Positions 1 through 10,679 of a DNA stretch of 64,000 nt are shown here, piece by piece. Under the pieces are notes generated by a model. It saw only the letters and a program-made list of their open reading frames with translations, was not told the origin of the DNA and did not search any database. Within the stretch, counting starts at the first letter, position 1. Each line of letters begins with the position of its first letter. Source of the DNA: an uncultured Acidobacteriota bacterium (GTDB lineage: Bacteria; Acidobacteriota; Thermoanaerobaculia; UBA5066); NCBI GenBank assembly GCA_963779415.1, contig CAVZYA010000001.1, positions 1,664,001 to 1,728,000 on the forward strand, written 5' to 3'. The translations under genes and the position numbers were made by a program.

Positions 1-171
1 GCCGACCTGGTCGATGGCGATCCGAAGGAGCGGGTCGATCCTCTCGTCGCCGGGTGCGGGAGGCTGGCCGGACACGACGCTGGCCCCGGAGGCCTGGTTC
101 TTTGCGTGCGGAGGCATAGAAAGAACCTGGGCAGGCAACGCAACGAGAATCGACAAGACGAAGAAGCGCAT
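1..171 (-). CDS. N-terminus of a secreted protein (truncated by window edge)
   Basis: ATG at 169-171 (minus) opens MRFFVLSILVALPAQVLSMPPHAK..., which is signal-peptide-like; the frame stays open to position 1. Confidence 0.55.
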   Translation of the reverse strand, partial: MRFFVLSILVALPAQVLSMPPHAKNQASGASVVSGQPPAPGDERIDPLLRIAIDQVG

Positions 172-252
172 TCCCCGTTGAAGGGATGCCGCAAGGCTGA
201 ATCCCTCGACCCGGGGGCTGCTTGATCTTCGCGGGAAGGACACAACAATCTC

Positions 253-1290
253 CTACGGGTAAAGGAAGAAGACCGGATCGTAAATGAGGGCCCGGTTGCC
301 CGGCAGGCTGTGATACGTCTTGGACTGTCCGTTAGTCAGATCCTCCACGAAAATCGAGAATTCCACATCCGTGAAAGTCGGAATGGCAATCCACGCGTGT
401 CCGTTGGGGGTGGCGGTCTGTATCCGGATGAGGTACTCGAACGTGCTCGGGTCCGTCAGCCAGAAGGCTCCCGTGGCATCGGTAATCGTCGTTCTGTTCA
501 GAGTGGAAACGACACCGCCGGCATACTGGTTCGTCCACTGGCTCGTGACCCGATATCGGCCGCCAATCAGGCACATCGTCGTTGAATTTTCGACGCAGGT
601 GGAAACGGTCATGCACGAGGAACCATTGCATTGGACTCTATTGCTGTAAGTCATCCAATCCGTGTAGCCCCAGTTCCCACCGCTGTAATTACTGAGTAGG
701 AGTAGGGCCGAGTACGTCCCGGCCGGAATCGTCGAAGGGTAGAAAGCCACAGTCCCGGAATTGACGTTGTTGTACTGATACCCCGCGAGTAGAGGTGAAA
801 GAACGACGGATGCGGAGAAATTCCAGGCAGAAATTACCTGTCCCCATACCGGAAAGTCTTGAGTAAGGATGATCTTGAGCTGGAGTGACCCTGTAGAGGA
901 CGATCGATGGTTCTCGATGTGATCCACATGGAAAGAGCCCGAATTTCCGGTCCACTGAACCGTCGAGCCGCCGGTCAAGCAGATCGTGCACTGCAACTGA
1001 CTAAAAGGCTGGCGCAGAGATGGCGGCGACGCCTGCCCCTGGAGAAGCGCGTCAGAAGACGAGGCCGGATCCTGGGTCTCCGGCTGAAGTGGCGTGAGCC
1101 CGGAATGGAAATAGCGCGATTCCTGCGACTGAACCTGTTGAGCAGGAAGACCCTGGTTCGCCGGTCGTCCGTCGCCGAGGAGTAAACCGTCGTCTCCCGT
1201 AGATGCACCCCGCAACTCGACGGTCCATGGAACGACGACCAACACTAGGAGCGCCATGGAAAAAGTAAAAGGGCTGGAGGGCACTCGCAT
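253..1290 (-). CDS. Secreted protein with beta-sandwich domain and Cys-initiated C-terminal module (CVENSTTMCLIGGRYRV...YDPVFFLYP)
   Basis: 345-aa ORF with hydrophobic N-terminal signal; C-terminal module resembles those recurrent in Thermoanaerobaculia secreted proteins (from recall); visibly lower GC than the rest of the window. Confidence 0.75.
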   Translation of the reverse strand: MRVPSSPFTFSMALLVLVVVPWTVELRGASTGDDGLLLGDGRPANQGLPAQQVQSQESRYFHSGLTPLQPETQDPASSSDALLQGQASPPSLRQPFSQLQCTICLTGGSTVQWTGNSGSFHVDHIENHRSSSTGSLQLKIILTQDFPVWGQVISAWNFSASVVLSPLLAGYQYNNVNSGTVAFYPSTIPAGTYSALLLLSNYSGGNWGYTDWMTYSNRVQCNGSSCMTVSTCVENSTTMCLIGGRYRVTSQWTNQYAGGVVSTLNRTTITDATGAFWLTDPSTFEYLIRIQTATPNGHAWIAIPTFTDVEFSIFVEDLTNGQSKTYHSLPGNRALIYDPVFFLYP

Positions 1291-1581
1291 CTAAAGCCCA
1301 CCGGAGGTGACGGACACCGCGTTAACTCTGTCGGCTCTCCTGGATTCGCCTCGAGACAGTCCGGGATCCTCCGCATCGGGTCGATCGTTCCCCGTGCGCT
1401 GCGAACGCAAGAAGCTGGCTTCGCATCCCATTCTAAGAGGCGATTCGCGGTTTCTTGATCGGGACTCTACGCCTCCAGCGATTGGCAGTTCAAGAAGAAT
1501 CCCCAAGTGATTCCCGTGGTTCCGGCACACCGTCGGCTAGGCGACCGAAAGCCGAAGGAATTCATGCGACCATTCGCGCGA

Positions 1582-2412
1582 ATGAGACGGTTGAAAGCCT
1601 GCTTCGTCCCGCACTCGTCGTCCTCGGGCTGCGGCCGCCGCCGCCGCCCGACCCCGAGGCGCTGACGGAACTGACCGAGGAGAGCCTCGGGCGGCTGCTC
1701 CTCCGAAGGGACGGTGGACTCGGTCTCTTCCGCCTCGTCCACCTCCTCGATGCGATCCAGCAGCGGACCGGCCCCCCGGACGATCCTCTCCGTCGGAAGC
1801 GGGCTCGGGACGCAGGAGGCTTTCCTGGCGCTCCGCTATCCCGAGGCCGAGGTCGTCGGCGTCGACCTCCGAAAGCCGAAGTTCCTCGCCACCCTCCCGA
1901 ATCTCCGTCTGATACGCGGTGACCTTTTCGACCCCGAAGTCCGGCGATCTCTTCCCGAGGCCGATTTCGACTTACTCGATCGAGTGCCTCGAGCACATCG
2001 AGAACGACGATGCGGTCGTGGAGTCTGATGGCCTCGAGGCTCAAGCCGGGCGGACGTCTCTTCCTGCTGGTCCCGTTCGCCACGGAAGTCGATCTCGCCG
2101 ATCCGCGAGCTCTGCCGGCGCGAACTGGAGGAGAACGAGCACGTCCGGCCGGGCTACGGCGAAGCCGACGCCTCCGGGACCTTGCGACGCGCCACGGCCT
2201 CGACGGAGGAGGAGATCGCCTCCGCCTACCGCTTCCCGCTCCAGCCATTCGTCGCCGCCGGGGTCTCGACGATCCGACTCGACTTCCTTCTCCCGCGCTG
2301 GCGCGAGATCTTCGAGCTCGATCGCGACGGACGTCCGGGACGGGGCTCGTGTCGAGCCGGATGGAGGCGACGGGAATCCGACTCCTCGCGCGGCGTCCCG
2401 TTTCCAGCCTGA
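1582..2412 (+). CDS. Class I SAM-dependent methyltransferase (several frameshifts)
   Basis: Motifs spread over frames: ILSVGSGLG (motif I), VVGVDL, SIECLEHIEND, RLKPGGRLFLLVP; ends approximate. Confidence 0.65.
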
Positions 2413-2428
2413 GACGCCGGCGAGATCG

Positions 2429-3226
2429 TCAGCCTTCTTTCCGGAAGACCGTTCGGATGACGCCCGGCGAGGCTCTCGAGGCGTCGATGAGCGTCGCGCG
2501 CGACCCCGACCGGGCGATCCAGAAGCGGATCTGGGGGAGGCTGATCGGCTTCAATCCCGTTGCGAGAATCGTGTCATAGCGACGGCGAGCCTCTGGCTTG
2601 ACCGGAGAGAACCTCGAACTCAGGAATCGGAGCGCCGTTTTTCGGAGGGGTCCGGGCGCCCACTCGAAAGACCTGAGCCCGGTGTGCAGCTCCGCGTGGT
2701 GATACCGCGTGGGGTACTCCAGAAAGAGATAGCCGCCGCTCTTGAGGACCCGGAGCAGCTCCCGAAGGTAGCCGCGGGGATCGGCCGTGTGCTCGATGAC
2801 GTGTCCGGAAAGGACCACGTCGAAGAAGCCGTCCGGATGCGGGATCATCGTTCCGTCGTAGAGGCGGCAGTCGAACCCCTCGAGCCCCGCGAGACGGCGT
2901 TTCGCCACCTCGACGAAGTACGAATCGACGTCGACCCCGTGCACCGCGCCGAAGCCGTACTCCCGCGCGATGATCATCTCGCCCCCCGCTTCCGTCCCCG
3001 AGACGAAGATGCGCCCCCCGGAATTGAAGACGCCTTCCGGGAGGATTCCGCGCAGGTAGACGAACCGCGAGCGCATCCCGTCGAGCGACATCGACGCTCC
3101 GACGGCGTCCTCGACGTTCCAGTACTGGAGCTCCCGGAAACGGCTGCGGAGAAGCTCCTCGGCCTCCCTCTGGGCCGACTCGTTCAGCCACGACTCGGCG
3201 CCCGGCGGCTGTGTGGCGGATGTCAT
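2429..3226 (-). CDS. Class I SAM-dependent methyltransferase (Methyltransf_11-like)
   Basis: VHGVDVD, FFDVVLSGHVIEHTADP, RVLKSGGYLFLEYP. Confidence 0.85.
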   Translation of the reverse strand: MTSATQPPGAESWLNESAQREAEELLRSRFRELQYWNVEDAVGASMSLDGMRSRFVYLRGILPEGVFNSGGRIFVSGTEAGGEMIIAREYGFGAVHGVDVDSYFVEVAKRRLAGLEGFDCRLYDGTMIPHPDGFFDVVLSGHVIEHTADPRGYLRELLRVLKSGGYLFLEYPTRYHHAELHTGLRSFEWAPGPLRKTALRFLSSRFSPVKPEARRRYDTILATGLKPISLPQIRFWIARSGSRATLIDASRASPGVIRTVFRKEG

Positions 3227-3269
3227 CGTGCGGTACCGTTCTCCACGATACCGCACGCTTCGAAGATTG

Positions 3270-4475
3270 CTAAGGCGCCTTCTCCAGATCCACAACGACG
3301 TCGACGGGCTGGCCGACCTTCGCTTGGACCTCGACCGTCTTCGTCTTGAACCCGGGGCGAGAGACCGTCACGGTCCGTTTCCCGGCGTCCACGATGACGC
3401 CCCGGCTCGAGTTGTTCAGGTCCTCGCCGACGCCGACGAGCTGGTCGTCGACGTAGATCGCCGCGTCCTCCGGCGTCACGCTGAACCGGAGACGCGCACG
3501 GTCGCGGCTGGCGGTGACGCTATGGCTCCGCGGACGCGGCATCTGGTTGCCCGTCTCTTCGGCTCCCAACCAGTCCTCGTCCCCGCTGGCGACGCTCTCC
3601 GAATAGGGCTTGCCGTCCGCTCCGAAGTAGCGGCCGTACGGCGTTCCCTTCGACTCGGGCGGGAAGAAGTCGAGCGCGTTCTTTCCCTTCTCGATCGTCA
3701 GCTTCTTGTCCAGCGTGACGAACTGGCCCGAGTTGATGTTGAGGTCGACCGGGAGCGGCAGATAGTTCACGAGGCGGAGCTCGATCTTGTAGCTCCCCGG
3801 TTTGAGGTAGAGGAAGTCCGGGTAGCCGTCGAAGTCGTCGGCGGTGCCGATGTAGGTGCCGTCGAGCCACAGCTCGGTTTCCTGCGGCTGCACCTCGGTC
3901 TTCACGATTCCCCATGAGCCGCGCGGGGCGGCCGCCCAGTTGTCTTCGATCCCGACGGAGACGCTCGGCCACCAGCCCCATCCCCAGCCCCACCACGGTC
4001 CGCCCCACCACCAGCCGGACCAGACGCTCCACGGATACCAACCCCAGCCGTAGCCGCCGTAGTAGTGATGCCAGCCGTGGCCGTACTGCGGGTAGTGGGA
4101 GTAGTGGTAAGTCATGTGGGAGCCGCCGTGATAGCCGCCGCGATAGCCGCCGCGATAGGCCGTGCTGATCCGGGCTCCGCCAGGGTAAGCGTGGGAAGAT
4201 CCTCCAGGTCCGCGATAGGAACCGCTGTATCCCGACCCGCCGCGTGCGCCTGAGTAGCCCCCGCCCCCATGGGACCCTCCGCCGCCGCCATGGAAGCCAC
4301 CACCGCCGCCTCCCCCATGGGATCCACCGCCGCCTCCGCCCCCATGGGATCCTCCTCCGCCGCCGCGTTGAGCGAGCGCCGGCATCGCGAGGAAAGGTCC
4401 GAAAACCAGGAACGCGGCCGCAGCAAGGGTGATTCCCTTTAGTGGTCCGGTGCGATTGATTTCTCTCCTGACCAT
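3270..4475 (-). CDS. Secreted PEGA-domain protein with Gly/His and Trp/Gly-rich low-complexity N-terminus
   Basis: Signal peptide ending PALA-Q; two PEGA-like domains (VQPQETELWLDGTYIGTADDFDG; VTPEDAAIYVDDQLVG...GKRTVTVSRPGF). Confidence 0.85.
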   Translation of the reverse strand: MVRREINRTGPLKGITLAAAAFLVFGPFLAMPALAQRGGGGGSHGGGGGGGSHGGGGGGGFHGGGGGSHGGGGYSGARGGSGYSGSYRGPGGSSHAYPGGARISTAYRGGYRGGYHGGSHMTYHYSHYPQYGHGWHHYYGGYGWGWYPWSVWSGWWWGGPWWGWGWGWWPSVSVGIEDNWAAAPRGSWGIVKTEVQPQETELWLDGTYIGTADDFDGYPDFLYLKPGSYKIELRLVNYLPLPVDLNINSGQFVTLDKKLTIEKGKNALDFFPPESKGTPYGRYFGADGKPYSESVASGDEDWLGAEETGNQMPRPRSHSVTASRDRARLRFSVTPEDAAIYVDDQLVGVGEDLNNSSRGVIVDAGKRTVTVSRPGFKTKTVEVQAKVGQPVDVVVDLEKAP

Positions 4476-4536
4476 GGCGAACCCCCTCGGCCGGCACCCC
4501 CCCTCCCCAAAAGGGGACGGAATCATGCCGTCCGTA

Positions 4537-5508
4537 TCATGAATGCAATCCATCTGCCCGGGCAGGAGAATGCGGAACCGCTTCCGCATGAGGGCTTGCG
4601 AGAGCCTCCCGAAGCCCGTCCAAGTAATCCCAGCGGAACAATTTGTCGTAAACGACGCCCGGCAGAGGCACGCCAAGCGGGTCCAGCAGCCTGACGAAAT
4701 TTTCCGCGAGCGCGAGAAAAGCCGGACGTGTCGCCTCGAGAGATCGCGCTCCTGACACCCCGAGAGGAGAGGCGAGGTCAGGGCGACGCGTGAGGAGCCG
4801 GGCCGCGGCCTTTCCAGAAGCTCTCTGCCGCCCCCGGAAGCTTTCGACCGTCGTCGGGTGATCGTGGAGCGCCCGGGCCTCCGGCCGGTAGACCAGCCGG
4901 AGCGGCGGCTGCTTCGCCGCCGCCCGGAGCGCGAATTCCACGTCCTCCCACGCGGCGCCGCCGAACGTCTCGTCGAACCCTCCGAGCCGGAGAAAGGCGT
5001 CCCGGGGCAGGGAGACGTTCGAGGCGTAGAAGAACCAGGGGGGGACGTTTTCCGGGTCGTGAATCAGGCCGTAGCCGAACTGGAGCCCCTTCTCTTCGAG
5101 GTGGCGGAGCATCGGGGTCACGCGGATCCGCGACGGATCCCACTCCGTCCGGCCGAGGACGGCCCGTGGCTGGCCCGGCTTCCCGCGATGGGCGGCTTCA
5201 TGCGCGGCCAGGAACCGTGGCTCCGGCACGATGTCGTCGCCGAGGAAGACGAGGATCTCTCCCACGGCTTCCCGCGCTCCCGCGTTCCGGGCCCTTGCCG
5301 GACCGCCCCGCCCGGGAGAGAGAGCCCGGAGGCGCCCCTCCTTCTCATGCGCGGCCAGACGCTCGCCCGTGCCGTCGGTCGACCCGTCGTCCACGACGAC
5401 GATCTCGACGCCCCCTTCGACTTCGCGCCGCTGCGCCTCGAGCGCGTCCAGCGTCCTTTCGAGGCGCTCTCTTCTGTCGAACGTCGGGATGACGACCGAA
5501 AGCCTCAA
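4537..5508 (-). CDS. Glycosyltransferase family 2
   Basis: LSVVIPTFDR, VVVDDGSTDGT, ARNAG, FLGDD, WEDVEF; TTG start overlaps the upstream stop. Confidence 0.88.
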   Translation of the reverse strand: MRLSVVIPTFDRRERLERTLDALEAQRREVEGGVEIVVVDDGSTDGTGERLAAHEKEGRLRALSPGRGGPARARNAGAREAVGEILVFLGDDIVPEPRFLAAHEAAHRGKPGQPRAVLGRTEWDPSRIRVTPMLRHLEEKGLQFGYGLIHDPENVPPWFFYASNVSLPRDAFLRLGGFDETFGGAAWEDVEFALRAAAKQPPLRLVYRPEARALHDHPTTVESFRGRQRASGKAAARLLTRRPDLASPLGVSGARSLEATRPAFLALAENFVRLLDPLGVPLPGVVYDKLFRWDYLDGLREALASPHAEAVPHSPARADGLHS

Positions 5509-6706
5509 CCGACTCCCCCGAGGAGACGCCGGAAGATCCCCGAGGCCCGGGTGTCCTTCCGCCACGGCGCGGCGGCGTAGTCGAGGAGAGGCCGGAGCGT
5601 TCGCTCCCACCGGTAGGACGCGGCGACCTCCAGCGCCCTCGCGGCGGCGGCCGATCGGGCCGCGCCGTCCGTGAGGAGCGCCACGAGGGCCGCGGCGAGG
5701 GGAACGCGATCCGCGGGAACGACGCGTCCCGCCCCCGACTGCGCGACGAGCCGCGCCCCGGCTCCCCCGTCGGTGGTCACGACGGGAAGGCCGGCCCAGA
5801 GGAAATCGAGAAGGCGGGTCCGGAAGGAGAGAGAGGTCTCGAGCGACGGGCGCTGCGCCACGGCCGCGACACGGCACGCGCGGTAGAGCCCGCCCCGCGC
5901 GTCGAGCGGCGCCCACGGGAGGACGATGACGGAGCGCCCGAGCCATCCCTCGCGCTCCGCCCGCGCCCGCGCCTCTTCCAGCCGGACCTGCGGCGTCGAG
6001 GACGCGTTCGGCGTCTCCGAGAAAAGGAGACGGGCGTGCGGAACGGCGGCGAGGACGGCGGGCCAGGCGTCGAGAAGGAGATCCGCGTCGTACCAGTCGT
6101 AGACGCCGCCGAAAAGGACGTCGGCCTCTCCCGGCTCGATCTCGTGGAAGGGCCAGGCGCCGGACGGCGCGGTCTCGTCGACGCCGAAGGAGACGACGTC
6201 GCAGAGCCGCCGCGCTTCGCCGTCCCGCTGGATGTCCGCCGGAGAGAGGCGCCCCGGCCGAGGAGAAGCCCGAGCCAGAAGAGGCGCTGCTCCTCCGTCG
6301 CCGCGAGGACGAAGTCCGCCCGCTCGAGAAGGTCGAAGAGGACCTTCCGGTCGTTCACGAAGACGTTCGGGCCGAGTGATTCCGCGTAAGAGAGGTTCTC
6401 CACGAGGAACGGGTCGTAGAGATCGGCCACGACGGCCCCCGGGAACCGCGAGGCGACGAGCTCCTTCCCGGCGTGCCCCGACACGACGGCGACCGGGAAC
6501 TCTTCCGCCTGTCCGAGCGCCTCCCGCGTCTCGCTCACGACGACGCGCCCCGCGCCGCGAAGCGGAACCTCCCCGGGCTCCGGCGAGGCGAGAACCACGT
6601 CGTGCCCGGCCCGTCCGAGATGTTCGGCGATCCGGAGGGCGCGGATTCCCATTCCCGCCATCCGGGAGCGGACGGGCTCGGGGGAGAGGACGAGAACGCG
6701 GTTCAC
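5505..6706 (-). CDS. Glycosyltransferase family 4-like (frameshifted)
   Basis: N-term RVLVLSPEPVRSRMAGMGIR...DLYDPF; C-term in another frame SFRTRLLDFLWAGLPVVTTDG...YRWER. Confidence 0.75.
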
Positions 6707-7479
6707 GGCGTCACCTCCGCGAAAGGGCTCATCGCCTGCGCGAGGGCAGGGACGCCTCGCGCGAGGTCGGAGCCCGGGACGACGAAATAGCCCTCCGCCG
6801 CCGTCGTCTCCTTCGGGAGCGTCATCCGGCGGTAGGCGTTCAGGCCCGAGACGAAGCCTGCGTAATCGCGTTCCCGGCTCTGCGACACGAAGGCGCTCAT
6901 GGCCCGCCCCTTCGTCTCGGCGTGCCGGCCGCAGTCGAAGAGGAAGTTCGGCCGGAAGGGCTGCGACAGCTCGAAGAACGCCACGTTCGCCCCGCCGAGA
7001 ACCTGGCCGACGCGGGATGACGGCGCCGCCCGCTCCGCCGCCGCGACGAGCGCGGAAGCGGCGGCCCGGTGGTCGGGGTGGATCTCCACCGGTGAGGGGG
7101 CGAAGACGAGATCCGGCTCGGTCTCCTCGAGAGCCCGCTCCAGCGCCTCCCGAAGCTCCGGCTCCGCCTTCCAGAGGCCCCGGTCGGGAAAGCCGGCGGT
7201 CCGGAGCTTCCCGCCGCCGAGGATCGCGAGGGCGACGCCCGACTCGCGGAGCCGGAGGCCGGCGATCCGCTTCCGCTCCGCCGGATCCTCGATCCCTCCG
7301 GCCCCGTCGGTCAGGACGAGGACGACGATCTCCGCGCCCCGCGCCGCGAGATCGGCGAGGGCCGCACCGCAGCCGAACACCTCGTCGTCCGGATGGGGCG
7401 CGAGGACGAGGACCCGCCGCGCCGAGAAGGACGAAGCCCGGTACGGGATGAGCGCCTCCTCGGCGACGAAGGCGGTCAC
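6703..7479 (-). CDS. PIG-L/LmbE family N-deacetylase
   Basis: VLVLAPHPDDE and HPDH metal-binding motifs. Confidence 0.9.
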   Translation of the reverse strand: MTAFVAEEALIPYRASSFSARRVLVLAPHPDDEVFGCGAALADLAARGAEIVVLVLTDGAGGIEDPAERKRIAGLRLRESGVALAILGGGKLRTAGFPDRGLWKAEPELREALERALEETEPDLVFAPSPVEIHPDHRAAASALVAAAERAAPSSRVGQVLGGANVAFFELSQPFRPNFLFDCGRHAETKGRAMSAFVSQSRERDYAGFVSGLNAYRRMTLPKETTAAEGYFVVPGSDLARGVPALAQAMSPFAEVTP

Positions 7480-7597
7480 GGGGAATCTCCGGGACTCATG
7501 TCGGGGCCATTCTAGCGGCCACGCCTTGACACCCCGGAGGCCGCAATCCAGACTGCCCTCGAGCCTCTCCCGCGCTCGCCGAGGAGGATCCGGCCGC

Positions 7598-8659
7598 GTG
7601 GCCACCGCTTTGGGAGACCCGCCGAAGGTCTCCGTCATCGTCCGAACGAAAGACCGCCCGGACCTCCTTGCCGAGGCCATCGGGAGCCTTTGCGCCCAGA
7701 CGTTCACGGACTTCGAAACGCTCGTCGTGAACGACGGCGGCACGATCCCCGAGGCGGCCTTCGGGCCGGCGCCGGGGCGGGGACTCCGGATCGTCCTCCC
7801 GGAGCCTCCGGGGGGACGCGTTCGGGCGCTCAACGCGGGCCTCGCCGCCGCCCGGGGAACGTTCATCGCCTATCTCGACGACGACGACGTCTACCGGCCA
7901 ACCCATCTCGCGACGCTCGTGGCCGCCCTCGAGGGGGAGGGGGACTTCGGAGCGGCCATCTCCGACGTCGACCAGATCGCGCGGCGGCGGGGTCCGGACG
8001 GGCTCTGGCGGGACGAGGAGCTCCTCTTCCACTACGGCCGCTCCTTCGACGCCGACCGGATCCTCTTCAAGAACGACGTTCCGCTCATCGCCCTCCTGCA
8101 CCGGCGCGATCTCGTCGAGAAGATCGGGCCTTTCGACACGGCTTTCGATCTCTTCGAGGACTGGGATTTCCTGATCCGGCTCTCCCGCGTCACTCGCTTC
8201 CGTCACGTGCCGGAGACGACGGCGGTCTACCGCGTCCGGGACGACGAGACGAATGCCACGAGGGCGAACCCGTGGCGAGGGCCTGTCGCGGAGAAGATGC
8301 GCCGGGCTCTCTTTGCCAAGCATGCGGCCCTCCGTACGCCCGAGGCGACGATGGTCGCGGTGGACGGTTTCGACGGCGCCGTCTGGCTGCAGGAGCAGGA
8401 ACTCCGGGCGCTTCGTGAAAGGCTCGACACTGCCGAGGGACGCCTTCGGGAAGCGGCCGCCCGCCTCTCGCGCCTCGAGTCGCTCTTCAAGGAAGAGCAG
8501 GCCGCCGCCGAGCGGCGCCTCGAGGTGGCGAAGGAGCGCGAGGCGGCGATCGCGGCGGAGCGGGACGCGCTCGAAACCGAGCTTCGAAGGGTCCACGATT
8601 CGCTCTGGTGGCGGCTCGCGACCCCCTGGTGGAAGCTCCGGAGTCTTCTCGGGCGATGA
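7598..8659 (+). CDS. Glycosyltransferase family 2 with C-terminal coiled coil
   Basis: GAGGAGG SD then GTG; VSVIVRTKDR, VVNDGG, YLDDDD, EDWDF; E/R/A-rich coil ending SLWWRLATPWWKLR. Confidence 0.88.
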   Translation: MATALGDPPKVSVIVRTKDRPDLLAEAIGSLCAQTFTDFETLVVNDGGTIPEAAFGPAPGRGLRIVLPEPPGGRVRALNAGLAAARGTFIAYLDDDDVYRPTHLATLVAALEGEGDFGAAISDVDQIARRRGPDGLWRDEELLFHYGRSFDADRILFKNDVPLIALLHRRDLVEKIGPFDTAFDLFEDWDFLIRLSRVTRFRHVPETTAVYRVRDDETNATRANPWRGPVAEKMRRALFAKHAALRTPEATMVAVDGFDGAVWLQEQELRALRERLDTAEGRLREAAARLSRLESLFKEEQAAAERRLEVAKEREAAIAAERDALETELRRVHDSLWWRLATPWWKLRSLLGR

Positions 8660-10679
8660 GCGACGGGTCCATCCGCTGCGACGTCGTGGTCCCGGTCCAC
8701 AACGCGCTTCGCTCGACGAAGAACTGCCTCCGGACGCTGCGTCAGCACGCGCCGCCGTGGGCCCGGATCGTCGTCGTCAACGACGCGAGCGACGCGCGGA
8801 CGACGGCGTGGCTCCGCGAGCAGCCCGGCATCGTCCTATTGGAGAACGAGGTCAATCTCGGCTTCGTGAAGACGGCGAATCGCGGCCTCCTCCATTCCGA
8901 CGCCCCGTGGGTCTGCCTCCTCAACAGCGACACCTTGATGACGTCCGGCGCCCTCGAGCGGATGGTCGCCCGCTGTGAGGGGGACCCGCGGATCGGCCTC
9001 TGCTGCCCTCTCTCGAACAACGCGATCAACCTCTCCGTGAAGATCCCGCCCGGCCAGGACGTCTTCTCTTTCGCCGAGCAGGTCGCCCGGACGAGCCCCG
9101 CTCTCTACCCCGACGCCGTCACGGTCGTCGGTTTCTGCCTTCTCGTGAAGCGGGAGCTGATCCGCTCCGTCGGCGTCTTCGACGAGGCGTTCGGACGGGG
9201 ATACGGAGAGGAGACCGACCTCCACTACCGGGCGCGCTCCGCGGGCTTCCGCTGCGTCGTCGCGGACGACACGTTCGTCTACCACCGGCAGGGGGCGAGC
9301 TTCGACGACGCCGACGCGCGGATGCGGAAGAACCTCGAGCTGGTCTACGGTCGCTGGGGGGAGACGCACCGGCTCGAGCTCGCGGCGTTCGAAAGGGAGA
9401 ACGCTCTCGGCACCGTCCGGGATGCCGCCTCGCTCGAGTGGATCCGCCCGGGCGAGGCCGCCGCGCCCCCGGACGTCCTCTTCGTCCTTCCGATGATGGG
9501 GGTCTTCGGCGGCGTCGCGGACATCCTCGAGCTGGCGAACGCTCTCGTCCTCGACGGGGTCCGCGCCTCGGTCGTGATCCTCGGGGAGCTGGAGCGCGAG
9601 TTCGAGATGGAACTCTTCTTCCGCCCGGCCCGGATCCCGCCGGAGCGTTTCCTCGACGACGTCCCTCCGGCGAAGGTGCTCGTCGCGACGGCGTACCAGA
9701 CGGCGCCTCTCGTCGCGATCGCCGCCGCGCGCCGTCCCGGGACGAAATCCGCGTACTTCGTCCAGGACTACGAGGGATGGTTCGGGGCGGACGGCGCCGA
9801 GTACGTGGCATCGACGTACGACCTCGTCCCGCGGATGACGGCGATCTCCGGGCTGGCTCGCCGCCGAGATCGCCTCGCGTCACGCGCACCGTCCCGAGGT
9901 CGTCCCGGTCGGCGCCGATCCGGAGACCTTCTATCCGCGCGGCGACCGCCCCACGGACGGGCCCGTCCGGATCGTCGCGATGCTTCGCCCCGACGAGAGG
10001 CGCGGAATCGGGGTTCTCCTTCCGGCGCTCGCGAAGGTCGGGGCCCGCCCCGACGTCGAGATCGTCTTCTTCGGCTCCCACCCGTATCCCGCGGACGGCC
10101 CTCCCCTTCCGCACCGGCACCTCGGGATCCTCTCGCGTGACGCGGTGGCGCGACTCTTCTCGACGGCTCACGTCGTCGTCGACCCTTCTCTCTTCCAGGG
10201 CTTCGGCCTCGTCGGGCTCGAGGGGATGGCGAGCGGCGCCGCGTGCGCGCTGACCGACAGCGGCGGCATCCGCGAATACGCCGTGGACGGGGAGAACGCG
10301 CTCGTCGTCCCGACCCGCGATCACGCCGCTCTCGCGGCGGCGATACTCCGGCTCGTCGAGGACTCCGCATTCCGCGGCCGCCTCGGCATGGCCGGCGTCG
10401 CGACGGCCCGCCGTTTCTCGTGGGAGCGGACGGCGGAGCGTTACCGGAGTTCCTCGATTCGCTCTTCCGCCCGCCGAGCCGCCGGCGCCGCGGGAGCGCG
10501 CCGCTGCTCGAGCTGCTCGGCCTCGAAGTTGACTGCGCGGAAGCGGACGGCGCGAAGCATCGCTCCGGAGCGAGCTGAGGGCGGCGCGCCAGACGCTCGA
10601 CGCGATCTACGCGTCGCGCGCCTTTCGGTTGGCGGAGCGGTGGCGCCGGATGAAAAAGCTCTTCAGACCCGGAGCGTGA
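8656..10679 (+). CDS. GT2-GT4 fusion glycosyltransferase (WsaE/WsaF-like architecture; frameshifted)
   Basis: DVVVPVHN, VVVNDAS, LLNSD, GYGEETD (GT2); YFVQDYE and, after a frameshift near 9855, FQGFGLVGLEGMASG (GT4); tail IYASRAFRLAERWRR. Confidence 0.8.

Noticed and set aside
4255-4365. Short DNA repeats (ccccatggga...ccgccgcc) as a CRISPR array or VNTR element
   Set aside because: They encode the Gly-Ser-His protein repeats; no spacers and no cas genes
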